In this document: positions 1-11,100 of the stretch, in pieces
Numbering within the stretch: the stretch's first letter is position 1
How the letters are laid out: the number at the start of each line of letters is the position of its first letter
Origin: Squalus acanthias
Taxonomy: Eukaryota
Assembly: GCA_030390025.1 (NCBI GenBank)
Contig: JASTWF010000360.1
Coordinates: 62,001 to 126,000, forward strand
DNA: 64,000 nucleotides
Direction of reading: 5' to 3'
Made by a program: the position numbers and the translations under genes
The notes under the pieces: generated by a model
Seen by the model: only the letters and a program-made list of their open reading frames with translations
What the model was told of the DNA's origin: nothing
The model's database searches: none

Positions 1-967
1 ACATTGAAATCTTTATTGTCAACACTTTCCGTTCTTGAACAGATATGTGTATACCTTTGGAAGTGGCTTAGTGAGTTGCAGTGAATGGTGACACATAACG
101 GTACCCCCGTAATGCTGAAGAGTATGAAAGAAATGGCTTGGGCATTGTAGGGATGCTTTATGTTGCTGGTGTGGGGTGGCGCCAACCTGGCGCATCATGT
201 GGCAGCCAGGGTGTGCAGAGTCAAGTGAAGCAAATCTGGCCATGGTGAGGCCATCCCTTGCATTCCAGGCAGTAATGCGTTCATGTGCTAATGCCCTCTG
301 ACCTGTGCAGCTTCAGGTGATTGCGGAGATGTTTGGTGTGGTTGTTGGTGCTGGTGGTGTGCCTGGTGCTGCTGGTGCTGGGGCTGATCGTGGTCAGATG
401 CTGAAGACAAAGGTGAGACAGTAGAAACCGTCCCCATTCTGATGTAATAGATGGCAGGTGAACTTGAGATGACAGAAGCGATCTGTCAATGTAGAGAGAG
501 GTTGTTCCATTGAGGGGACAATGGATAGAGAGTTTGCTCCAAACACTTGCAACCTGCATAAAGCTCAATCTGTCTTCCAAATGCAGTAAGCAACAGCTTC
601 TGAGCAGCTGTGAGATGGGAGCTTTTATAGCACATTTCCAGCTGTCAAGTAATGAGATGATTCCATGGCCATTCATCTCCCGCCCTGATTACCTGACGTG
701 ATCCCCGAGCAGCGTGGACCCCGTGGGCAACCTGGTAAACTCTGAAGGTGAGCTAAAATAGTTAATCCTTTGTTAACAAGGTCATAATGACCTGAAATGC
801 CTCCCCCGCCACTGCGTGTTGTGTCTGCTCAGCGCTGACAGACCCGACATTTGGGAAAGGCGCGTGGCGGGGGGTTGACTGCGGGGTCCCGACCCGCTGG
901 GGAAAAATTTAAATTTTTCCACCTAACCTGCCACCGATCGCAGCCGCTGAGCCCCCCGCAAAATTCC
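1..967 (-). mobile_element. Possible degenerate, internally deleted PIF/Harbinger-like DNA transposon remnant (5' part outside window)
   Basis: Weak. Broken minus-strand frames give a Gln/His-rich stretch (HDQPQHQQHQAHHQHQQPHQ) and ARDGLTMARF, which from memory resembles the C-terminus of HARBI-like transposases. A GC/CpG-rich subterminal-like block (~800-967) ends in AAAATTCC. No catalytic DDE region or paired TIR is visible. Confidence 0.25.
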
Positions 968-969
968 TA

Positions 970-2195
970 TGTAACAAGGAGAGTTTATTCTGTCCGGTTA
1001 CAAGTTTTAAATGTCCCTGTGCTCCTAGTTTATAGGGGAGGGTGTAGGCTTCGCAAAATCCCCCAGAAACTCGAACAGAGCCCTAAAGGGAGTGATTTTG
1101 GGACTTTTCATACAAACTTGGGATGATGGGGCCTAAGTGAAGTGATTTGATGTAAAAACCTAAAGATCAGGGAAGAAAAACCTGAGGAAACTGATTTTTT
1201 TGAATCTTAGTGTTGGGAGAGACACCTTTTTACAGACACAAGCTGCGAGGGGCGTGGCCGGGCACTGAACAGATCAAGCTGTCTGGGAATTGTTTGAGAC
1301 AAAGCAAAAACTCACAAACACATTCAAATATGGATCCCCAGGGGCAAACAAGATGCTGGAAATCTAAAAACGATTCAATGACAATATAACTTCGAAAACA
1401 CAGTTTCATAGCCATTATCACATCAAAAAAACCAATCAACCAGGTATCCACAGAACAGATTTAAAAGCCCGCCAACAGAACTAGGACAATAGGGTGGAGA
1501 TTTGGCGCGTAGATAAGGCGGTGTTTAAGTCGGAAAACGATCAAGACATGTTTAACACTAAGCAAAACCCATCGGAACTGGCAAACCCGCCAAAAACTAG
1601 ACAATTGGACTAAGCAAGGTTCATTTACAATCAAAAGGAATTCGTGTTAGTAAGGGTTTTTTGGGCGCGAAAAAGAAACAGTATAATTTGAGAGCCTGTG
1701 CCATAATTTCTCTTTCGGAATGGTTGACGACGCGGACACAGCTCTCTCCCTGCTCCAGCAAAATCTACCACAAGCCACGAGGAAGAAGGCCAGCACGCAA
1801 GAAGAAACCAGAGCGAGTACCTCAGTGACCATCAGACACCTCGCAGCAACAAGGGCCTTACGGAGTCCTTTTAAACAAAAGACTCTAATATCCTGTCAAG
1901 GATTCGTTGGTGAGCATTATCCCTGATCTCCTGAAACCAAAAACCTATCCAGATAGTGGGATCTTTGGGAGGGATAAGGTTTTGTTTGATATATTGTCAT
2001 TTCCCTCGCTTGTACCGTGTGCTCCCCGTATCTGTGTTTAAGTAATAAGTGTGTTTCAAGTTTGTTACCTTTTTCTTTTAATAAAGTAAAATTCTTTCAT
2101 CAGAACCTATTTACTGCAATTTTGTTCACAGCCCCAAAATAAGCCCAAAGTCTAGGAACCGGAGGGGTGTGGGAGCGATTAAGATACCCCTTACA
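970..2195 (+). mobile_element. Putative solo LTR-like element
   Basis: Begins TGTAA (970) and ends TTACA (2195), a 5-bp terminal inverted repeat. Contains AATAAA near 2080, no long ORF, and is CpG-richer than the flanking intron. Flanks do not form a TSD (CCTA vs AGGG), so the boundaries are uncertain. Confidence 0.25.
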
Positions 2196-3035
2196 AGGGG
2201 AGTCTCTCACTTTATTCCCCATTAAACTGGCTCTACTTTTATTTCAGGTCTAACTGGCCCGGCAGTTTTTGGGGAATTTTTGGAAGTTCCCTCCGCGAGT
2301 GGGGCCTCACACACAGGGGGCGGATTATGGGGAATTCCCGGGTTCACTGCCCCCGGTTGACCCAGGAGCCGCCTGCTGTGTGCGAAGCCCCACCGATGGC
2401 CGGTGTGTGTCTGTACTCCGGGGCTCATACACCACAACCCGTTAGATTGGAACCTTTTTACCAGCAGATTTAAGATCCTGAATAACAATCTTTACTCAAT
2501 GATCAGGACTGTGTATAGTTGTAAACATTCACAGCTGAAAGAATTCCCGATCCCCTAATATTCCCAATTCAGGAAACTTCCCCCTCGACAAGACACATCC
2601 TGCACGGTATTGGAGTAAATATCACTGTAAGTGATTTAATCTCGGGTTTCTCTCCTGTTTCTAGTTGAAATAGTGGATGTGGAAAAATTTTTAAATTAAT
2701 TTTATCTTCATTGCCGGATTAAATTTTATGTTTACATTCCGCTGTCCAGCCTTATTAAATATGATTTATTGTAAGTAAATTATCAGACGCACAGTGACCT
2801 GTATTTGCTGATCTGATAAATACTGTAAAATCCCTACTTGTCCACAAGGATCCATTTTAGATTCTCCAGTCCTCAGGGAATTACTAACCGACCCTCTTAT
2901 TATTGGTCATATTTGTGTTGAATCTGCTTCTCTCTGGTTTAACTGAACTGTTTGATTCCCTTCATTACGGAGCAACAACACAATCTGTGACTGTTCTACA
3001 ATTCGCCCAACAGTTAGAGACAAATAAACAGTTAC

Positions 3036-4773
3036 CCCAACATCCGGCATTTGTGCAGTACGGGTCCCAGCCGCTGGAGTCCTTCACACTGAATGGAGCA
3101 GTTATGCAGATCGAGGTCTTTTACTGTATCACAGAATCCAATGACATGAGACAGGACCGCACAGTCAATCGGGGTCAGTCGCAATCCACTAAATGTAAGT
3201 ATTTCCATAGATCCCACTGTGTTCCGAGCCAGTGCTTTATTCTGAGACTCAAACAGGTAGTGGAATGTGTTCAGGAGGTTCCTTTTACGAGTTTCACTCT
3301 CTGTGTTCCCAATCTGTCCTTCAACCTTTTCCTTCACCCAGTCAATCACTCGGCAGGTGGTTTGATGAATAAACGGACCCAGAAACTCCTCCAGGGGCCG
3401 AGCTGCCTGTGGGGAGGAGAGACCAGCAACAAATCGGAGAAATATCTCAAATCGCCCATCTTCCTTGCTGTGGGCTTCTCTGAGGAGTTTCAGGATGTCC
3501 CCGGGATCTGGAGTCAGGAATTGTGCGAGTGCGGCTACAAACTCTTGAATGGTGAGGTGCGGGAATGTGTACACCACGCTCTGGGGAGAATCATCTCTCT
3601 CCAAAAGTTCCATCATGAACCCAGACAGGAACTGGGAAGTTTGCAGATTGTACTTGATCAAATCTCCATTTCCAAACACAATCTTCGTATCGGAGACTCC
3701 TGTGAAGGCCATTTCACCAAGCTTCAGTAACACATCACGGGGGCTTTCAATCTCTCGGCCATGGTTTTTCAGAATGTTGTAGATATAGTAGGAATATAGC
3801 TGGGTAATTGTCTTGGGAACTCGCTGCTGATTCCTGTCTCTTTGTGTAAAGAAGGGACCCAGTGCCAGACCGAGGATCCAGCAGTAGGAAGGATTGTAGC
3901 ACATGGTGTACAGGATCTCGTTCTCCTCCACGTGTTTGATAACAGCTGCTGCCACCGCCTGATCTTCAAAAAACTTGTTGAAATATTCCTTCCGTTCTTC
4001 ACCAACAAATCCCAGGATTTCAGCCCACACACTGATCTGAGCCTTTTCCAATAAATGTAATGCAGTGGGGCGGCTGGTCACTAGCACTGAACATCCTGGG
4101 AGCAGCTTGTGCTGTATTAAACTGTACACAATGTCAGAGACTTCACATCAGTCTTCGGGATCTGTGCACATGTGCTGAGGTTCTGTATTTCTCCGATTGT
4201 CAGCAAAATCGATCCTGTCGTTGAATTCATCCAAACCATCGAATATAAACAGCAATCTCTCTGGGTTCTTCCAGAGCTCTCCCAGAATATTTCCAAAGTA
4301 AGGATACAGATCCAGTATCAGATTACTCAGGTTTATTCTAAAGTTAATAGAGTTCATATCCCGGAATTTAAAACTGAAAACAAATTGAAAGTGTGAGTAT
4401 ATTTTCCCAGTTGCCCAGTCATGAACAATCTTTTGCACCATTGTTGTTTTTCCAATCCCCGGGACTCCGCTCACTGCTGCTGAACTCCCAGAATGAGATT
4501 TTCTCCGGGAAAAACTGCTCTGGAACAATTGATCAGTTCGGATTTTTTCCAGTTCTCTCCGGAGATGTTTCTCTCTCCACTCTTCATGGTCTTGGCCTCT
4601 TGCCAGCAGTTCATGTTCTACAAGTGTCCGATCTCGAACAGTAGAAATGATCGTTAGCTCAGCGTATCGATCAACCAGCTGAAAAATCTTAACCTTCTCC
4701 TTTATTAGGATAGTGTTCACTTTCAGTGTTTCAGTTTGTACCCGGAGTGTTTCCTTGTGTTTCAGTTGAACAG
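3036..4773 (-). pseudogene. NLR-family (NLRC3/NLRP-like) NACHT-WHD-HD2 exon with first LRR, carrying one in-frame premature stop
   Basis: ORFs 4148..4804 and 3032..4129 are in the same frame, separated only by TGA at 4148-4150 (...TDPED*CEVSDIVYSLIQ...). Motifs: Walker A GVPGIGKT, Walker B LLFIFDGLDE, sensor-1 VLVTSR, NPSYCW, WHD FPHLTIQEFVAA, LRR-like LDLHNCSI. Acceptor: polypyrimidine tract + AG at 4775-4774. Donor: GG|GTAACT at 3035. Exon length 1738 nt (phase 1 to phase 2). Confidence 0.9.
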
Positions 4774-5183
4774 CTTCATTAAAAGAGACAGAAGGTGGTT
4801 TCAATGTTAGTTATATTGTCAAAGAAATCCCCGATGTACTTCTCTGCATTTCAGAACAATGTAAAATGATATATTTAGAAATTGTAATCGTTGACAGTTA
4901 GAAAACCAAACCCAAAACATTTCATGAAAATTAGGTTGACAGGAAATTTCTGAGAGCAGTTTCAAATCTACATGGGACATTAATAGTTAATTAACATGGC
5001 GAACTGGGTGAAGGTGACATGTTCCCTCTGATGGTGAATACTATCTGTCACACAATGTACTGCAGACATCTCATTACAAATACCCAGGTGATTCTGGTTA
5101 TATGGCTGTAGTGATTATAATGGATAAATAATTGACCCTCCAACCCAGCAGGGCTGCGCTTTGGTACAAATAGCAAATCGGGA

Positions 5184-8100
5184 ATTGGGCAGCACTGAGA
5201 GAGGGACAGGCTCACAATGTACTGATTGACCAGCACTGAGAGAGGGACAGGCTCACAATGTACTAATTGATCAGCACTGACAGAGGGACAGGCTCACAAT
5301 GTACTGATTGGGCAGCACTGAGAGAGGGACAGACTCACAATGTACTGATTGGGCATCACTGAGAGAGGGACAGACTCACAATGTACTGATTGGGCATCAC
5401 TGAGAGAGGGACAGGCTCACAATGTGCTGATTGGGCAGCACTGAGAGAGGGACAGGCTCACAATGTACTGATTGACCAGCACTGAGAGAGGGACAGGCTC
5501 ACAATGTACTGATTGGGCATCACTGAGAGAGGGACAGGCTCACAATGTACTGATTGGGCATCACTGACAGAGGGACAGGCTCACAATGTACTGATTGGGC
5601 AGCACTGAGAGAGGGACAGGCTCACAATGTACTGATTGGGCAGCACTGAGAGAGGGACAGGCTCACAATGTACTGATTGGGCAGCACTGAGAGAGGGACA
5701 GGCTCACAATGTACTGATTGGGCAGCACTGAGAGAGGGACAGGCTCACAATGTACTGATTGGGCAGAACTGAGAGTGGGACAGACTCACAATGTACTGAT
5801 TGGGCAGCACTGAGAGAGGGACAGGCTCACAATGTACTGATTGGGCAGCACTGAGAGAGGGACAGGCTCACAATGTACTGATTGGTCAGCACTGAGAGAG
5901 GGACAGGCTCACAATGTACTGATTGACCAGCACTGAGAGAGGGACAGGCTCACAATGTACTAATTGATCAGCACTGACAGAGGGACAGGCTCACAATGTA
6001 CTGATTGGGCAACACTGAGAGAGGGACAGGCTCACAATGTACTGATTGGGCAGCACTGAGAGAGGGACAGGCTCACAATGTACTGATTGACCAGCACTGT
6101 GAGAGGGACAGGCTCACAATGTACTGATTGGGCAGCACTGACAGCGGGACAGGCTCACAATGTACTGATTGGGCAGCACTGAGAGAGGGACAGGCTCACA
6201 ATGTACTGATTGACCAGCACTGAGAGAGGGACAGGCTCACAATGTACTGATTGGGCAGCACTGAGAGAGGGACAGACTCACAATGTACTAATTGATCAGC
6301 ACTGAGAGAGGGACAGGCTCACAATGTACTGATTGGGCAGCACTGACAGAGGGACAGGCTCACAATGTACTGATTGGGCAGCACTGAGAGAGGGACAGAC
6401 TCACAATGCACTGATTGTTCAGCAGTGAGAGTGGGACAGACTCACAATGTACTGATTGGGCAGCACTGAGAGAGGGACAGGCTCACAATGTACTGATTGG
6501 GCAGCACTGAGAGAGGGACAGGCTCACAATGTACTGATTGGGCATCACTGAGAGAGGGACAGGCTCACAATGTACTGATTGACCAGCACTGAGAGAGGGA
6601 CAGGCTCACAATGTACTGATTGACCAGCACTGAGAGAGGGACAGGCTCACAATGTACTGATTGACCAGCACTGAGAGAGGGACAGGCTCACAATGTACTG
6701 ATTGACCAGCACTGAGAGAGGGACAGGCTCACAATGTACTGATTGGGCAGCACTGAGAGAGGGACAGGCTCACAATGTACTGATTGGGCAGCACTGAGAG
6801 AGGGACAGGCTCACAATGTACTGATTGACCAGCACTGTGAGAGGGACAGGCTCACAATGTACTGATTGGGCAGCACTGACAGCGGGACAGGCTCACAATG
6901 TACTGATTGGGCAGCACTGAGAGAGGGACAGGCTCACAATGTACTGATTGACCAGCACTGAGAGAGGGACAGGCTCACAATGTACTGATTGGGCAGCACT
7001 GAGAGAGGGACAGACTCACAATGTACTAATTGATCAGCACTGAGAGAGGGACAGGCTCACAATGTACTGATTGGGCAGCACTGACAGAGGGACAGGCTCA
7101 CAATGTACTGATTGGGCAGCACTGAGAGAGGGACAGACTCACAATGCACTGATTGTTCAGCAGTGAGAGTGGGACAGACTCACAATGTACTGATTGGGCA
7201 GCACTGAGAGAGGGACAGGCTCACAATGTACTGATTGGGCAGCACTGAGAGAGGGACAGGCTCACAATGTACTGATTGGGCATCACTGAGAGAGGGACAG
7301 GCTCACAATGTACTGATTGACCAGCACTGAGAGAGGGACAGGCTCACAATGTACTGATTGACCAGCACTGAGAGAGGGACAGGCTCACAATGTACTGATT
7401 GACCAGCACTGAGAGAGGGACAGGCTCACAATGTACTGATTGACCAGCACTGAGAGAGGGACAGACTCACAATGTACTGATTGACCAGCACTGAGAGAGG
7501 GACAGGCTCACAATGTACTGATTGACCAGCACTGAGAGAGGGACAGGCTCACAATGTACTGATTGGGCAGCACTGAGAGCAGGACAGGCTCACAATGTAC
7601 TGATTGGGCAGCACTGAGAGAGGGACAGGCTCACAATGTACTGATTGGGTAGCACTGAGAGAGGGACAGGCTCACAATGTACTGATTGGGCAGCACTGAG
7701 AGAGGGACAGGCTCACCATGTACTGATTGGGCAGCACTGAGAGAGGGACAGGCTCACAATGTACTGATTGGGCAGCACTGAGAGAGGGACAGGCCCACAA
7801 TGTACTGATTGGGCAGCACTGAGAGAGGGACAGGCTCACAATGTACTGATTGGGCAGCACTAGAGAGGGACAGGCTCACAATGTACTGATTGGGCATCAC
7901 TGAGAGAGGGACAGACTCAGAATGTACTGATTGGGCAGCACTGAGAGAGGGACAGGCTCACAATGTACTGATTGGGAAGCACTGAGAGAGGGACAGGCTC
8001 ACAATGTACTGATTGGGCAACACTGAGAGAGCGACAGGCTCACAATGTACTGATTGGGCAGCACTGAGAGAGGGACAGACTCACAATGTACTGATTGGGC

Positions 8101-11100
8101 AGCACTGAGAGAGGTACAGGCTCACAATGTACTGATGGGGCAGCACTGAGAGAGGGACAGACTCACAATGTACTGATTGGGCAGCACTGAGAGAGGGACA
8201 GACTCACAATGTACTGATTGACCAGCACTGAGAGAGGGACAGGCTCACAATGTACTGATTGGGCATCACTGAGAGAGGGACAGGCTCACAATGTGCTGAT
8301 TGGGTATCACTGAGAGAGGGACAGACTCACAATGTACTGATTGGACAGCACTGAGAGAGGGACAGGCTCACAATGTACTGATTGACCAGCACTGAGAAAG
8401 GGACAGACTCACAATGTACTGATTGGGCATCACTGAGAGAGGGACAGGCTCACAATGTACTGATTGGGCATCACTGAGAGAGGGACAGACTCACAATGTA
8501 CTGATTGGGCAGCACTGAGAGAGGGACAGACTCACAATGTACTGATTGGGCAGCACTGAGAGAGGAACAGGCTCACAATGTACTGATTGACCAGCACTGA
8601 GAGAGGGACAGACTCACAATGTACTGATTGGGCATCACTGAGAGAGGGACAGGCTCACAATGTACTGATTGGGCATCACTGAGAGAGGGACAGACTCACA
8701 ATGTACTGATTGGGCATCACTGAGAGAGGGACAGACTCTCAATGTACTGATTGGGCAGCACTGAGAGAGGGACAGACTCACAATGTACTGATTGGGCAGC
8801 ACTGAGAGGGGGACAGGCTCACAATGTACTGATTGGGTAGCACTGAGAGAGGGACAGGCTCACAATGTACTGATTGGGCAGCACTGAGAGGGGGACAGGC
8901 TCACAATGTACTGATTGGGTAGCACAGAGAGGGACAGGCTCACAATGTACTGATTGGGCAGCACTGAGAGAGGGACAGACTCACAATGTACTGATTGGGC
9001 AGCACAGAGAGGGACAGACTCACAATGTACTGATTGGCAGCACTGAGAGAGGGACAAGCTCACAATGTACTGATTGGGCAGCACAGAGCGGGACAGGCTC
9101 ACAATGTACTGATTGGGCAGCACTGAGAGAGGGACAGACTCACAATGTACTGATTGGGCAGCAGTGAGAGAGGGACAGGCTCACAATGTACTGATTGGGC
9201 AGCACTGATAGTGGGACAGACTCACAATGTACTGATTGGGCAGCACTGAGAGGGGGACAGGCTCACAATGTACTGATTGGGTAGCACAGAGCGGGACAGA
9301 CTCACAATGTACTGATTGGGCAGCACTGAGAGAGGTACAGGCTCACAATGTACTGATTCACCAGCACTGAGAGAGGGACAGGCTCACAATGTACTGATTG
9401 GGCAGCACTGAGAGAGGGACAGGCTCACAATGTACTGATTGGGCAGCACTGAGAGAGGGACAGACTCACAATGTACTGATTGGGAAGCACTGAGAGAGGG
9501 ACAGGCTAACAGTGCACTGATTGGGCAGCACTGAGAGAGGGACAGGCTCACAATGTACTGATTGACCAGCACTGAGAGAGGGACAGACTCACAATGTACT
9601 GATTGGGATGCAATGAGAGAGGGACAGGCTCACAATGTATTGATTGACCAGCACTGAGAGAGGGACAGACTCACAAAGAACTGATTGACCAGCACTGAGA
9701 GAGGGACAGGCTCACAATGTACTGATTCGGCAGCACTGAGAGAGGGACAGGCTCACAATGTACTGATTGGGCAGCACTGAGAGAGGGACAGGCTCACAAT
9801 GTACTGATTGGGCAGCACTGAGAGAGGGACAGGCTCACAATGTACTGATGGGGCATCATTGAGAGAGGGACAGGCTCACACTGTACTGATTGGGCAGCAC
9901 TGAGAGAGGGACAGACTCACAATGTACTGATTGGCCAGCACTGAGAGAGGGACAGGCTCACAATGTACTGATTGGGCATCACTGAGAGGGGGACAGGCTC
10001 ACAATGTACTGATTGGGCAGCACTGAGAGAGGGACAGACTCACAATGTACTGATTGACCAGCACTGAGAGAGGGACAGACTCACAATGTACTGGTTGGAC
10101 AGCAATGAGAGAGGGACAGGCTCACAATGTACTGATTGACGAGCACTGAGAGAGGGACAGACTCACAATGTACTGATTGGGCATCACTGAGAGAGGGACA
10201 GACTCACAATGTACTGATTGGACAGCAATGAGAGAGGGACAGGCTCACAATGTACTGATTGACCAGCACTGAGAGAGGGACAGACTCACAATGTACTGAT
10301 TGGGCATCACTGAGAGAGGGACAGGCTCACAATGTACTGATTGGGCATCACTGAGAGAGGGACAGACTCACAATGTACTGATTGGGCATCACTGAGAGAG
10401 GGACAGACTCACAATGTACTGATTGGGCAGCACTGAGAGAGGGACAGACTCACAATGTACTGATTGGGCAGCACTGAGAGGGGGACAGGCTCACAATGTA
10501 CTGATTGGGTAGCACTGAGAGAGGGACAGGCTCACAATGTACTGATTGGGCAGCACTGAGAGAGGGACAGACTCACAATGTACTGATTGGGCAGCACAGA
10601 GAGGGACAGACTCACAATGTACTGATTGGCAGCACTGAGAGAGGGACAAGCTCACAATGTACTGATTGGGCAGCACAGAGCGGGACAGGCTCACAATGTA
10701 CTGATTGGGCAGCACTGAGAGAGGGACAGACTCACAATGTACTGATTGGGCAGCAGTGAGAGAGGGACAGGCTCACAATGTACTGATTGGGCAGCACTGA
10801 GAGAGGGACAGACTCACAATGTACTGATTGGGCAGCACTGAGAGGGCGACAGGCTCACAATGTTCTGATTGGGCAGCACTGAGAGGGGGACAGGCTCACA
10901 ATGTACTGATTGGGCAGCACTGAGAGAGGGACAGGCTCACAATGTACTGATTGGGCAGCACTGAGAGAGGGTCGGACTCACAATGTACTGATTGCGCAGA
11001 ACTGAGAGAGGGACAGGCTCACAATGTACTGATTGGGCGGCACTGAGACAGGGACAGGCTCACAATGTACTGATTGGGCAGCACTGAGAGAGGGACGGGC

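Noticed and set aside
2903..3730. 275-aa plus-strand ORF
   Set aside because: Antisense shadow of the NACHT exon, with a non-ATG start and no recognisable motifs.
3032..4804. Two separate NLR genes, or a selenocysteine/readthrough TGA
   Set aside because: The ORFs are one in-frame exon split by a single stop. I know of no selenoprotein precedent for NLRs and see no evidence for a SECIS element.
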